64,000 nt of DNA from the human T2T-CHM13v2.0 reference genome, Homo sapiens, in assembly GCF_009914755.1 (NCBI RefSeq), contig NC_060947.1. The stretch is one strand, 5' to 3'. This document shows, piece after piece, positions 1-16,478 of the stretch. Position 1 is the stretch's first letter. Every line of letters begins with the position of its first letter. The position numbers and the translations under genes are program-made. The notes below the pieces were generated by a model. The model had not been told where the DNA came from and searched no databases. It saw only the letters and a list, made by a program, of their open reading frames with translations.

Positions 1-3000
1 TTGGAATACTTGTTAGCTACTTTATGTAACCTTTCTACATCTTCTTTTCCTCATCTGTAAGAGATCTATTATGAGGATTTTAAAGTACGCATTTTGGGGA
101 CTACACATACTTATACATATATAGTATATACATATACTATAACGGCATTTGAAAATCTGTTAATCCACATGGTCTTGAAGCATATTTCTCCAGAATATCA
201 AGTATCTGTATATAAGTGTTGCTAAAATTCATAGAAGAGAGGATTACAAAAAACTGGAATTCTCTGAATAATTATTTTTAAATAAGGGAAGGATATGACT
301 GGATATTAAAGAAATGTAAATATGCTTCTGGCAGGAAAATGCCAAAAAAATGTATGCACAGTTGTGGGTCCAATCACGACATTTTGATGGGATAGAGAAG
401 TAATTCGCCACAATTGAGCACTGCTGTGGTTTCTTGGGAGGCTCTGTCAACCTACTAAGTTATAGTTATCCTATGGGAACAGACCCCATAGCTAAAGATA
501 ATTAGAATGTTGCCCTCTGGAGTTCTGCAATGTAGCAAGCTTGCTTTACCATACCACTGTCCTACTGAACAGCCAGCCTCTTTGATAATCCTTAAGAGGT
601 AACATTCCAACTACACTGCTTATTGCTCCAGGTTACCACACACTTTGAAAAGCTCATGTCTTTGTTAATTTTATTTAATATATTTTTAATTTATTCACTT
701 AATCTAGTGAATGATGTAATGATTGTAATATTTTCGTTCAGTGATGACTGTAATATTTTGGTTCCACTAAAAAACTGACTACATTACCTTCATGTGTATC
801 CTGATATGAATCCCTTTATAGTCTTCCTTTCCTTTTTTCTTAAATTCATAAAATGTATAAATTGATGAATAATCAGGACTTATGCTGTGTAAGAATAAAG
901 ACAACTTTATCTGCCTTTGGTTCTCCCTTTAAATCTGTTCAAGTAGGTTGTTCTGTTCTGTTCTTGGGTGAAAATATGGGTAAGTTTCATGTCTTTTCTG
1001 GTCATCATTAAGGAAACAAAGTCCTGCTCCATATCGAGACATTAAAATTAGAATATCCAGCTCAATATATTAATCAATACTTCAATCTGAACTCACATAT
1101 ATGATTTCTTCCTCAATTAGAAGAGGATGGAAGTGGACAGGTCCTTTACTACCTGGGGTAGTGGGCATGGTGGGCTTCCTCTTTCTGTCTTGCTAGTCTT
1201 CTCTACCATTCACCAGCTGCTATTTCTCACCCTAACAAGGGTTAATGGGAGTGGAAGAAGAAGAAGGGGTGCAGAAAATTCTTACTTCACTCAGTACTGT
1301 CACTGTTAGAGTGTGACTTTGTGCTTTCTAATGTCAAATATCACTTCTGGGGTTTCACGGAGCTGAAATGTATTTCTCCCAGTTTTAAGATCCAGCCTCT
1401 GATCTACTTCTTCTATGATATGTTCCACAATTACTTCAGTAGACAGTCAGTCAACACAAACTCATCTGAACCTACTTTGTGCCAAACACTGATCTAGGTT
1501 CTGGAAAATCTATGATGAAACAAGACACAGTCCCTGCTCTCATGCAGCCAAATATTTTTCTCCTTTGTACTTTCATTTTTCTTTGCTTGTACCTCTAATT
1601 TATGCTTTATATCCAAGTTATTGTTGGTACACATTTGTCTTTCCCTAGATTATCAACTTCTTTAGAAAATGATTAACATTTTACTCACTTTTATAAATCC
1701 CTTTTCCAATGGTCACTAAAGTATTATTAAATGAAGTAATGAACAATGAATAAACGGATGGATGTACAGAGCGATAAATGGATAAATGAACAAAATTATA
1801 CCTTCATACATTGTTCATAAAATATTGTTTATATTACTCCTATGACACATATATCCTATCTAATATTATACTAATTTTACTTTTTCTACCTAATAATAAA
1901 CACTGTAATGAAAGAGGCTGTATCATGGTTTCCTTGGAACACCACATAATTCCTAGCCCCAATACCTTGCACACTGTAAGCACATAATCAACATTTGATG
2001 AATGTGTGAATATACTTTTCAGTATTTTAAACTTATATTTTTCCTTCACATAATTTAAATACTAATGCAAATTATTAAGTATAAAAATTAGGGCAAGTTG
2101 CAAATATAATTCAGTCACAGCCTCCGGGAAATGAATAAAATAATCTCACTCTAGGTTGATTTCTTTGTGTAAATTAGATCCTTACTAAATATTTGCAGAC
2201 TTACACATTTATAAAAAAAAGTCATCAGTCTCATCTATTCTGTCTCTATTAGAAAAGGGTCAATCTATGTTTAATTTGCTGCCATAAGCTTGAAGGTGAA
2301 AATTTATTTAGGAAGCATTTGATGACTGTTTTCTAGGTACTGTTCTTAATCTAGGTATGTTAAGGGATGGTGCCTATCCTTAAGTTGCTCACAACTTATA
2401 TGAGAGATAAATTTGGAATATTCACTGCTGTACATATTGAAGGATTTATTATATTTATAATTAAATTCTACCAAATCACATATGGACATAATTTAATCTT
2501 CTTGTGTTATTAGCACAGTGCACTGATATACTGAAGAATCTAATTTTTCAATGAAATAAGGATCTGTCCAATTTAGCATACTAAAATAGAATAACAATTT
2601 TATTAATTTTCATTTCAAATCAGCATTATTATATTATCTTAAGATTCCCTTTATTTGTATTCCTTAAGGATGCCAATTCTGGTTTTACAAAATCAACTTT
2701 ATATTCAATACTTTTTTGTCTGAACTAGACAACTGTATACATATGCCAAGTATTTTAGAGGATGAAATTTTCAATTGGAAATCTGACTCCTATACTCATG
2801 ATGAAGACTGTTACATAATTTCTATGTCAAAAACATATTTAAAGTTTACCTGTTTTGAATGGCCATATAGCTTGTTGACGTATATATTTAGAATCAGGAC
2901 ACAAAAATAATGAAATGATACAATTAAATCAAAATGTAAACAAAATATTATCAATATTATTAAATTAAGGAACTCCGAAGTGCCCTATCGTAGATTTTGG

Positions 3001-3426
3001 TACTTACTGATGCAAAGTATTATGGACAGCCTGGTTAAGTCCTAAAATTTGTAAAATTCGTTACCTACTTAATGAAGTGTAAAGTCAATGAATGTGCTGC
3101 TTTAGTGATCACAACACATTCTGTTAGTTGCCACATGTTGATATTTATTCTACTTCTCCTAGGGACAACAGGTTACTTAGTCAAACACTTTATATGTAAC
3201 AGGTTACTTAGTCATACACTTTGTTTATATAATGCAAATTCTCATTCCCATTTTGTCTTAAGTTATAACATAACATTTTAATGAGTTCTCTGTACCCTCT
3301 CAAAAAACATCATGGTAATAAGAAAAAGAAAGTTTTATTAAAAAACCCTAATCCAAATTCCTGCTTTCAAGATTGGGGGTTGGTGGGGGGGGAGCTGCGA
3401 AACTGAACTTCTTAAGATTAAGAGCT

Positions 3427-3738
<312 letters not shown>

Positions 3739-4411
3739 CTATATACATTTCATTTCCATTTTGCTCAAATCAGCAGATCCTCCAAAAGTAAACTGAGGAA
3801 CATTTCAAATGGCCTAGTATGTTGTATTCTGCAAGGATGAGGTATGTGAACTGGAATCAGACCAAGGTGCTTTTAAAATCTGTTATATGTTTATGAGAGA
3901 TTGTACTAAAAGGACTCTCAATCCCTTAAGACTGAAAATTCACTACCCATTGCAAAGTCTGGGTCTGTTTGCTTTGGGTTTCTTCTGGCTTTTTGTTTGC
4001 TTTTCAAACAAGGCGTTTTATTAACCTCTTTAGGGTAATTCCAGTGATGACTCATGGTCATGGAGATGATGATGGCAGCTTGTAGCCTACACTAGCTGCC
4101 AGCTCCCCTGCGAGACAGTCCAATCAATCAGTAAGTATTTATGGCATTCCCGTTATTTTCAGAACAAGATGTTAGAATTAAAATAATTCAAATATAAAGG
4201 AGTAACCGTTTGATGCTTACTGTCCATCAGGGAGGCGAAACATATACTACATGGAGAATGTCCTCAGAGAGACACAACAACGTTGAAATTCCTAATCTAT
4301 GGCATTTGTAACTTACAGATGTGGCAACATGAGAAAGCAACTTGCCCTCCCATCTCCGTATCTCTAGCTGAACCACCAGTTCTCCCACTTTTCCTACTCG
4401 AATGGTGTTTA

Positions 4412-4771
<360 letters not shown>

Positions 4772-4996
4772 TTATCTTTCTAAAACGGGCTAAACATTAT
4801 TTTGCTTAAAGGCATAGAAATTAATGCCTCTGAGAAATTTTAAGTCCCATGAGTCAATAAATACCCAATATGTTTGAACTTAATTGAAATAAACTATCAC
4901 AAATTGATAGTTTATATAAATATATCAGTCGTATATATAAAATTGACATATAAGCATGTACTTTATAACTATCTACATGCATGAGTATATAAGAAT

Positions 4997-5039
<43 letters not shown>

Positions 5040-5047
5040 CACATATA
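4997..5047. repeat. (AC)n(AT)n compound microsatellite
   Basis: Seen directly. Confidence 0.9.
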
Positions 5048-6592
5048 TTTAAACTTTCAATAACTGACTCCAAATGTAGCCTCCTTTCAGCATAGGTTTG
5101 GGGAAAGAATACCCATCTAACACCTATTTTTAGAATCAGAGGAGTTGGATTAAATCCTGGTTCCGCTATCTGTGTGATCTTATGCAAAATATTAATATCT
5201 TTGATAGTTGGTTCTCTCATTTACTTAATAAGGACAATATCTACCATAGGGACTGTTGTGAAAATAAAATCCACTTATATATGTATAAGAGTTCCTCATC
5301 CAATTCGTATAAAGCACAGCACAAATCTAAAGTATTACTCTTTTATGAGATACTTTAAAATCTGAATAAAGTTAGATTTTATTTGTCCCATAAAGAAGTG
5401 AAAATTTTGACAGTTTCAAATTGTCTGAAATGTTTCATATTCTGGAGTTCCCTGGAACATGTTTTTAGTTACCAAAATACCAAGCTACTGAAGGGAAACG
5501 TGGGCATTTTGGTTGCCCTGCCAGACATTAAGAAAAAAATGAATCCCATTCTATTTATTGCTATGTCTCTTAAAGTACGTTTGGCATGGTACCCAACATT
5601 GAGAGACACATAACCTGCTGTCCTAAAACTCTGAGCAATTTACAAATTCTTGTAATCATAGAAAGAATTCCCCATTTTACATCCCAAAAGGACTGTGCCT
5701 TCTCCTCTTAGTGGCTCCTACAAGGGATTAGACTAAACCAAATCCTTCATGAGGAACAGGTAAAGTGCCATTGCTTTAAAATGCCAACGTGAGCCTATAT
5801 ATTCCTGTGCTGTTCATATTACCTTATCGTTCTGCACAATTACACTTGATGTTCACATTTTCAGGTTGACTGGGTTTTATCACTTCATGGCACACTTTTC
5901 TGTTTAATTACAGAGAAAGGTGTTTTCCCCTCATTCTTATTCTGTGCATTTGAGACTTGATTTTATCTTTTCAAACATTCTGTTGTTTGAACAGACAATT
6001 TTCTGATAACAAGTGAATCAAGGACTCCCTGCCTTTCCTTTCCTCGACCAGTTCTACGTTTTTCTGAGAGCCAGCTGTGGCCCAGGGCAACAGTTCCATG
6101 GTTCCTGTATGAAAGAGAAAAATCTGACTCCAATTGTCAGGCTTATTGTATCTACCACTGCCTTGTATCCTTTGTAGGGGACCCCCAATGGCTTTACTCC
6201 TATGACCCAGGGTTAGACTTAGAGATGGTAATAAGCCAAACCATGCAGTAATTGGAAACACTGAAAATAGAAAATTCTGTATACATTTTGCTTTATCTTA
6301 ATATTGAAAGAAAATATCAGAGCATTTCATTTATTCATTCAGAGAATCTTGATGGAAAACCTATTTTTTTCAAGGCCCTCGACTGGAATTTAAGAGAAGC
6401 AACACTGTCAGGAAAGACAAATTTCTCGAGCAAGTTCTAAAAATTCTGTGCATAGACATTAGAACAGTTACCAATATTCGTGCACCCATTTTCTAGATGT
6501 GAAAATTTTTTTACTCTTATAGCTAGCAGGGCACTATCATTGTCAACCCTTGAGAAGGCCTAGTGGAACTCTCAATAATGAGGATAGTTGAT

Positions 6593-6965
6593 TGTTATGG
6601 ACTGAATGCTGGCATCCCCCCCGCCGGCTAAAATTTGTATGTTGAAGTGCTAACCCCCAATGGATATTTGGAGGTGGGGCCTTTGAGAAATAATAAGGGT
6701 TAGATGAAGTCATAGGTTGAGGCCTCCATAATTGGATTAGTGTCCTTTTAAGAAGAGCAAGAAGAGAGACTAGAGTACCTCTCTGCACCACCTCTCTCCC
6801 CAACATACGAGGATACAGCAAGAAGAAGGTTCTCACCAGGAACCACATCTGTCAGCACCATGATCTTGTACTTCTCAACCTCCAGAACCGTGAAAAACAA
6901 CTGCCTGTTGTTTAAGCCACCCAGTCTATGGCATTATTTTATAGCAGCCTGAGCTTACTAAGACA
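6593..6965 (+). mobile_element. MaLR solo LTR (MLT1A-like)
   Basis: TG...CA termini (tgttatggactgaatg ... tttaagccacccagtctatgg ... ctaagaca). Confidence 0.8.
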
Positions 6966-6989
6966 TTAATATTTGTATAGTGAGTAGCC

Positions 6990-7195
6990 ATTTGAAAAGG
7001 ACTTTTCCATGCGTCATTTCATTGAATCCTAACACCAAACTAGTATGGAAGTTATCAGGATCCCAGTTTTACAGATGAGAAAATTAACTGTTGGAGAGAT
7101 TAAATAATTTGCCATGGGTCCCACTGTCACTAAGGGGGCAGAGCCAGTGCTTGGACCAAGTGCTCTTATTTTAGATTCAGTGCTGTTACTACTAT
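6990..7195 (-). mobile_element. MIR SINE fragment
   Basis: cccagttttacagatgagaaaa core motif. Confidence 0.6.
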
Positions 7196-7924
7196 ATTAC
7201 TAAAGAAATAAAGGCCAAAGAATCTCCAGGATAAAGGTAGAACCTGTCAAACGGATAAACCAACATCAGCAACCATTTGTTTCCTGACTTCTAGTTTTAT
7301 ATGAGAAAAAAGCTCCTGTTTGTTTTAGCCACTGAAGTAATATAGTTTATTACCTTCAACTAACAAGAGTCCTAATGGTTACCCCTCAGTCCAGTCTTTT
7401 TGTGTAATCAGGTAGATAGTATAGCTTTCCTCTAATCCAGAAATCAAGAATGGGGATTAAGGAAATTAAGGAATGAAATTAAAGAAGGACATTCTTATGT
7501 ATTTATCTCACTAACATAAAAGTAATAATCGCAATTGCTTTCATCACCATTGTTATAATTATCTCATAACCAACTATTAGCTTCCTAGGTCTTTTTGTTA
7601 GGCCTCCAAAATTCAAAAGCTTTCTTTACAATACCCATATTTTCCATGTGGAGCCAGGCTGAGTGGACCTGAGATAATTATCATCATGTCCCGGAGCTAT
7701 AAAGTTTTGGTGGGTTCTTGTTTCTTTCAAGAAACAAAAACACATGTTATTCTGCACGTGTTTCCTGTACACATGTAGGATAAAGGACATGTACAAGTAG
7801 TCTGCAACTTTTAGGGCAAAGAGTATGATTGACATTTGTGGGAGTGTCTAATGGGGATATTCAAAGCAACATGGGATCATGTTTCAGAAAACTCAGGGCA
7901 AAACTCATAGGTTGCTTGTCCTGG

Positions 7925-8248
7925 GGTAAGCCAGCCACCACATCATAAGAACACTCAAGTAGTCCCATGGAGGAACTCGTTTAGAGGGAAACCAACTAGA
8001 CAGCACCAACTCACAAGCTATACAAGTAACTCACTGTGAAAGTGAATCCTTCAGCCCCAGTCAAGCCATCATATGACTGCAGCCTAATTGACATCTGAGT
8101 GCAACATCATGAGTGATCGTGAGACAGAACCCCTCAACCAAGCAATGCATGAATCCTGACCTACAGAACCTATGAGTGATAATAAATGATTATTGCTACT
8201 TTAGGACACTAAGTTTGGGGTGATTGTTTTACAGTAACAGGTAACTAT
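7925..8248 (+). mobile_element. Old MaLR LTR fragment (MLT1F/H-like)
   Basis: cagccccagtcaagcc...gactgcagcc and ctaagtttggggtgattgttttacag 3' end. Confidence 0.6.
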
Positions 8249-9390
8249 TCAAACTCTTTCCTGACAAAAGTAGAACAAGCTCGGCTTTCCCCTTTTCATG
8301 TAGAAAGGTCACAATCTATTAATCCTTCCTACTTACTTTATAAATGTTTTACTTAAGACAAGTACAACAGAATAAAGACAGGTGGCAAGCAATTTTCAAA
8401 TCATGTATAAGTAAATTTTGGTAAAGAAAGAAGTAGTAGGTACAAAATAATAATCCCTACAATTTTCTATAACTTGAGAGCTGAGAGCATTTTTTAGGAA
8501 CAGTCCATGGCACGTGTTTAACCCTTGGCTTAGTTTTATCTAAAATGCATGATGCCATCAGGGAGTAATATTCCTATTTATGCCCACAGGTACCAAAATA
8601 TAACAGAAATTCAAGACTTTAGTTACAATGACCCTGTAGGTCATAAGATAAAAATGCTAGCCTATAAACATGTAGAGTATCTCTTTCTGGGCTCATCTCT
8701 GTTTGTATTTGTCTTATTAGCTCACTTTGTCTGAGTATAAAATTCTTTAATATATTTACTCATAATCATCTTTATCACAAAAAAGGAAGAAAAACTATTT
8801 TCTTTAATTGGTTTATTTATTTAATAGTTTTGTTTATTATGTTTAATTTTCAAGGTGGATGAATAAAACATTTGTTAACCCAGATCTTTCCCCTTAAAAA
8901 GAAACATAATGAAGACAAAAACAATTAGTAGAAAACACTATTTATGTTCATAATTATGGTACATCACTTTAATAAAAAATATTTTTCCTATTATAAACTC
9001 ACTTGAAAGATTTATAATTAAATATAATCGCAACAGGTAATTTGGATTTTAAATCCTATTCAAATATGTTTTGATATTAATCCTCTTAATTTAAAAATGA
9101 AATACATTTATGAAAAATGGAAAACATTCATTTCATGATAGGTAATTAGTATTAATTTAACACAACGTATAGGAAGAAAAAACATACTTGTTTTTTATAT
9201 ATCAGTTTTTATATACAAGTTACAATTACTCTGATAGAACTCTGAAATTCATTAAGATATTAAAGACCATTTCTATTATTTAACGTATATTTCCAGGTAC
9301 CTTATTAACTAGGTACTACTAAAAAAATAAAAGAACCACGAGATTTATATGTGAAGAAACACATGACATTATGAACCTCATGATGATGGC

Positions 9391-9752
9391 TGATGATGGT
9401 AAATTTTATGTGTTAACTTGGCTGGGCTATGGTTCCCAGTTGTTTGGTCAAACACCAATCTAGATGTTGCTGTGAAGGTATTTTTTAGATGTGATTAACA
9501 TTTCAATCAGCAGACTTTGAGTAAAGCAGATTACCCTCCACAATGTGGGTGGGCCTTCTCCAATCAATTTTGAAGTCCTTAAGAGAAAAGACTGAAGTCC
9601 CCAGAAAAGGAAGGAATTCTGCTATCGGATTACCTTTGGACTCAAGATTGCAACATCAACTCTTCCCTTGGTCTCCATCCTGCCAGGCTTTTGGATTTTA
9701 CAGATTTTTGACTTTTCAGCTCCCACAATCATATGAGTTAATGGCTTAAAAT

Positions 9753-9788
<36 letters not shown>

Positions 9789-9848
9789 GTGTGTATATAT
9801 ATAATATTATTATATATATTAGTATTATTACCAATCTCTCTCTCTCTC

Positions 9849-9899
<51 letters not shown>

Positions 9900-9905
9900 C
9901 TCCTA
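9391..9905 (+). mobile_element. ERVL LTR (MLT2-like) ending in (CT)n/(TA)n tracts
   Basis: tgatggtaaattttatgtgttaacttggctgggcta...gtaaagcagattaccctccacaatgtgggtggg is typical of MLT2. Microsatellites at 9755-9900. Confidence 0.75.
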
Positions 9906-10164
9906 ATTATTAGATACAACAGAAGATAGATGGAAAGAGACAGCAGCATTCTAAACTCTAATGATAATGGTGAATTGATAATACAGGTGAAATATTGGAC
10001 TGTGAGTTTTCAGATGATGAAAACCTAGATAAATGTTCTCAGGCCCAAGGACTGATTAATGCACAATATATTTCTAATGACAGAAAGGAAATATGATATT
10101 TTAATCCACTTAATTATTCAACAGGAAGAACTTCACCACATAATATTAGCTGTAAGAATTTTAA

Positions 10165-10573
<409 letters not shown>

Positions 10574-10917
10574 TGTATTTCAATTCTTATTAAAATTTCT
10601 CATAAGATTGTCTTTCACTATCTCTTTATACTTCCATAAGAATTTGTAGAGTAACTTAGACATATACAAAATAAAAAGCTAAAGGGTTCATTAGACCTAC
10701 AAGGCAAACAGTAATGGCTAATTTCCCTGGTATACTGAGGGCTGCATCAGAAACCTGGTCTACCTAAACACAACAATCTTTAATCCTCAGCTAAAGAGTT
10801 TCTATACTTTATTCATGGTATCATTAAGAACCAGGATGAAACTTATGTTACTTGAATGGTTGTACAGCAGCAGAAAAAGGAAACCATACAGTGTAGCATC
10901 TATAAATTCATTATTTA

Positions 10918-11210
10918 GGCTGGGCGCGGTGGCTCAGGTCTGTAATCCCAGCACTTTGGGAGGCCGAGGCGGGTGGATCACCTGAAGTCAAGAGTTTGAG
11001 ACCAGCCTGGCCAACATGACGAAACCCCGTCCCTACTAAAAATACAAAAAAATTAGCTGGGCATGATGGTGGGAGCCTGTAATGCCAGCTACTCGGTAGG
11101 CTGAGGCAAGAGAATAGCTTGAATCTGGGAGGCGGAGTTGCAGTGAGCAAAGATGGCACCACTGCACTCCAGCCTGGGCAATGGAGCAGGACTCTGTCTC
11201 AAAAAAAAAA
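10918..11210 (+). mobile_element. AluS (Sx/Sq-like)
   Basis: Full Alu dimer with a 10-A tail. Confidence 0.92.
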
Positions 11211-11776
11211 TTATTATTCAGTGTGTGTCTAAATGCTTCTATATTGTAAGTTGGCAGGGTTGGGGGTTGTGTGGGGGGTGGGTGGTGCTACCTCTTCTCA
11301 AATTCCTTAAATGTAAACCAACTTCTAGGCTTTTTCCTAGGTTCACTTTTCTTTGCACCAGGTACCCTCTCTCTGTGCAAGCTCAGACATTCCAGGTAAC
11401 TTTTGAATTCTTGTCCAAAAGTAACATCACTCCTGCAATCTCTATGTTTTCAACCATTTCTTTAAAATCTCAGTATGGTCATCTAGCTTCATGTTAAGCA
11501 CATTACTTTGTCTCCCATAATCAACTCCTTATCCTGAGTTTGTCTCTGGTTATGACATTAATCTTCCAAAGAATTCAATCTCCAACTCTTAGAGGCAGGC
11601 CTTCTCTTAGATTGACAGTTTTATATATGCAATCAATGTCAAAATCCTGTTAATTCTAGCTCCACCTTATGTCTCAATTTCACTTCTTTCTTTTTACTCC
11701 ATGGTCACTGCTCCAGCTTGGGCTCTCTTGCCTTCTAACTGGTCTTACTGACTTCATTTACTCCCTTATCCTCCAC

Positions 11777-11777
<1 letters not shown>

Positions 11778-11823
<46 letters not shown>
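11778..11823. repeat. (AC)n microsatellite
   Basis: About 23 uninterrupted units. Confidence 0.95.
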
Positions 11824-11825
<2 letters not shown>

Positions 11826-12869
11826 CCATGCTGATATTCGTCTTCCACCCCACTGTTAACAGGTCTAATTATGTATTCTCCTGTCATCAATTCCTGAAAT
11901 ACCCTTCCCTCTCCAGCTTCCTTCTGCTTTTCAAAGTCTTATTCATGACCAGGTCAAATTCAGCCTCCTCCTGGAAGCATTCCACTAAGCCCTCATTTAA
12001 AACTCCTCCTCTAGTTTTCTCTCAACATTTTGTAATACTGCTCTACTGAAGCACCTATCCTAAACTGCCTTGCCTAAATATACTTGTCCAAATACCCACA
12101 TTTGATTGTGAGCTCTTTAAAGACAAAGGCTGAATCTTACTTTTTTCCTGTATCCCCTCTACCATCTCTGATATTAGATAGCACAGAGTAGGCATTCAAA
12201 CGTTCGCTGAACTGAACTGAACTCTTTGGTTGCCAGCGGCATCCTAGTGGATGTGAATTTTGAGAGCTGCTTGTAGCTATAACAGGTTGACAGCAGGTGC
12301 TAGATGTCAAAAGAAGGAAATTTATATGGTTGACTCCACTTCTTCTAAAATAAGCAACCATCTAATAGACAATACCTGAGAGGAAGATACTGGCTGGCAT
12401 TTCATTAGCAACAGAGATTTCATACAAATGTGGAGAACAACAGAGCCTTTTTATTTCGCCATGAAGGATTTCATAGATTTGGTTGCAGCAATGAATGATG
12501 GGTTGACAAAGCTGCTATAAAACTGTCAGTTAATTCAAAAATCGTGTGAGAGATGTTTTTTTTTATTCTCATACAGAAGAACATTCTCCCCTTCTATGGC
12601 CCTGTATACCAGTTCTTTATGCAATATAATGTGAATTCCTTTTCTTAAAATTTATAAGCTATCACTAAATTTCTCTAAGAATTCTGGACTGGGTTGAAAA
12701 ATCCTTAGCTGAAAAAATAATTCCAAAATAAACGACTCCCTCTTAAAACTTGGAATTCTGTTTCAGAAGTCCTTCCCTTGGTTTAGCTAATAAAAGGCCA
12801 CATTATACACCCTTCATATTCTCCCATCTCCAGTTCTCTCTGTACCAAATCCATCTCACCATAACAATA

Positions 12870-13830
12870 TGTACCATTTAATGAGCATCTAATATGTGCC
12901 ACATATTTACTTTAGAAACACCAATTATTTTACTTTCTTAATCACCCTACCAGCATAAGTACTATTATTAGCCCCACATGACAGATGAGAGAACCACAGT
13001 TTAGGAAAGAGAATTAACTTGGCTAAGGTTACACAGCTAATAGATCATTGGGGTCCACTAGTCTGTACATCTCCAACACATGTAAAAGACAATCCTTTGA
13101 TTAGACACTCAAATACACAGAAGTCAAAAGTATAAACAGGAGCAGCAAAAATGTATATCCAGACTATAATTACCTGAGGTTAGTCCTAATATTTTAAGTT
13201 GTCAGATAAATATACCTTCCTATTTTTCTGACTAACCAGCCTTTTCCATTTGATGTGCCTCGGGCTTTAAAATCATATAGACGTGGGCTTGAATTCTACT
13301 TCCTCACTTGTCATCTTCCTAAGACCCTAGACAAGTTACGTTAGCTCTCCGAGTCTCGGTTTTCTGTCTCTAAAATGGGAGTAGTAATTTTATCTACCTA
13401 TTAAATTTATAGATAATAAAAATTTTGCAGTATTTCCCACAAAAGGCTTTCCTGAATATTTGTTTAATTCTATTTATAGATCTTATTCCATCTTTTCCAA
13501 GCAACCTTCTCCTGTCGGTCTTTTAAATCTCTCCTTTTGGGGTGGTGGTGGGGGGCGAAATAACTAAACAGCTACCAAAAAGCTCATTAAGTATTTTGCA
13601 TTAAGCCTTCAAAGCACCCCAATAGATTATAATTAAAATAACAAATGCTAACATTCATTCAGCTTTTACTATGGCCCTGATCTAAGGGCTCTACATTAAT
13701 TATTTCATCTAATCCTCCCAACCCATGAGATAGTTATAAGTGAGCCTATTTTACAGAGAAGGAAACTAAGAGCAGATAGTTTACTGAGATTAGTCATTTG
13801 CTCAAGGCCACAAAGCTAACAAGTGGCCAG
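12870..13830. mobile_element. Cluster of three MIR fragments (about 12870-13060 minus, 13270-13400 plus, 13640-13830 minus)
   Basis: MIR core motifs acagatgagagaac, tctctaaaatgggagta, tattttacagagaaggaaactaag. Confidence 0.55.
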
Positions 13831-15519
13831 TCTAGGCAGCCTGCCTTTTAAAGTAATGCATGCTATTGCTGTATAGCCCCGAAATGGTAGTGGTGGGGGT
13901 TACGGAGGGAGAAGCTACAGAAACAAGGCTCTTAAATCCAAATGTTACAGGAACGACATTCACCAATATTGTTTGTGAAATAAACAGAATGATAAAAGGA
14001 AGCAGTTTTATCTTTCCAAATCCTCTTCACTGCTATGCAAGGTATTATGGTATTATGCCTTGCAGTATTAACAGACACGAACAAGAGTTTCATGTAATTC
14101 AGACGCCTCCAAGGAAGAAAATTTAAATTCTTCTAATCTTATCTGCTTTTGGTCCCCTGACCCAGCCCTTTTGCAGAAGAAAATGGCCAGGAATGATTGA
14201 CAAATTCAGACACCAAAGAGTTAAAGAAAAATGAGCAATTCGAATATTAGAAACAGGGAGAATTTTTCATTTGATCTGATTTAGATAAAATTTACTCTCT
14301 TACCTAGATTATTACTGCATGATTTCCATCAATATAATTACCTGAATACAACAGATACCACGGTAATAGTTTCATATAGTAAAACATGGTGGTGGCTTGC
14401 ACACCCAATTACTTGAAGTTTAACATGAATATTTCTAGTAGACATAAATAGCTTTGTACTGAACTTTTCTCTTGATAGACTGCAATAACTATGTATAGAT
14501 TTTCCCAACTGTTCAAAGTTATGAAATGGGATTTACCAGAGAAAGAAAAATGTTTCAATATAGTATTACATACATATATTAACTATTTTTTCTTTATTTA
14601 GCTGATTTCTTTTTGAGCATTTCTAGAAGTTTCATGGCAATAAAAAGGAAGACCAAAATCATCAAATGAGAAAATACAATTTTATGAGCAAGTATTTTAT
14701 TTCTGTCCTTTTCCTGAAAACCAAATCTTTACTAAGAAAAATTCTATTTTGAACACGATCGAAAAGTTTATGAGTATTGAATTTCCATCCCATTTTATAG
14801 ATTTCAAAGGGAGAGATAAACTGAAGTGTAGCAGGGCTGCAAATGACATTGTTTAGATAAACATATCTTGTCAGAATTATCCTGGTACCATTTAGAGGCT
14901 CCAGGCATATTTGGAACTAAGATTCCAGCTTAGACTCTTAATAAGCGCTATGACACATCTCGACAGACACTTGCTTTTAAGAAAATGCTTTCTTGGACCA
15001 TTTGGATTACAGCCTTTCCACTAGGCTGCAAATATTCATAAAGGTATTCATTCCTAAAAGACAAAAGCTTAGAAAAGAAGAACTATTCAAATCACTGAAT
15101 ATTGGCAGAGAGATACAAACTTGCCCTCCGGTCATTCAATTTTAATCTCTATCATGAAAAAGTCAATGCAATATGAAAAAAAAATGCAGGGGATAATGGA
15201 AAATGTTCAGACAATGTTGAACAAATACTGTATAATACATTCATATTGTCTTCCTCTTAGGGAAAAAATTGAAGTGATTTTTCATTAGTAAAATAACAAA
15301 TGACTCTCTGTATAGTATGTTCAGATTTGCATAAACCTCACTGCCAAATTTCCATATTTCTCAGGCAAGAAACTGATCACTTACCTGTGTAATGGGAATT
15401 CAGTCTCATATTGAGTAAATCACTCACTAAGATTCACTCTTTTGGGTCAGTGTGTTGCAACTTGTTGGAGAACCCTCAAGGTTCCAGTATGGTGGAGGAA
15501 TGCTCTGCTAAATCAATTG

Positions 15520-15895
15520 TACGGCTATCTTACCAAATCTGTTCCTCTTCCTAGGCTCAACAGTGTACACTATTTCCCTAATTCCCTCGCAGTTAGGTGT
15601 GACCATGTGACAAGATCCATCCAACAGAATATGAACAAAATTAACACACACCATTTCCAGGCGTGGCTCATGACAAATTTTCATGAGTAATACTCATTCT
15701 TCATCTGCCCATTAAATGCATATGAGTCTTATGCTCTGGACACAAAAGATGGAAGGAGCTTGGGTTCCTGAATGACTTCATAGAGGGCTGCTTATTTTGG
15801 ACTGCACTAAAATAAGAAGTAAATTTCTGCTGTAGTAAGCCTCCAAGATTTGGGAGATTACCTGTTATAGTGGCTAGTGTTACTGAAATAATACA
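15520..15895 (+). mobile_element. Old MaLR LTR (MLT1J-like)
   Basis: gcagttaggtgtgaccatgtgac, aagatggaaggagcttgggttcctgaatgac, terminal taataca. Confidence 0.6.
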
Positions 15896-16123
15896 TTAGC
15901 ATACATCCACATTCATTGTTTAAGCAACAATAAAGAGTTAAACTTTCAAAACCAAGAACAGCCTATTTTAATTAGCAATCACTACAACTGAAAGAAGACA
16001 TGTCTTTAGGAAGTGAATCAAAACATACATAATTTCAGACAAAAGAAGTATTTAGTCTTAGTACAATGATTAAGGTCATTAACAAAAGCAACAAAACAAG
16101 ATGGGAAATGGTAAACATACTAG

Positions 16124-16478
<355 letters not shown>

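Noticed and set aside
11257-11282. G-quadruplex-like motif gggttgggggttgtgtggggggtggg
   Set aside because: Isolated intronic motif with no promoter or CpG-island context, and common genome-wide.
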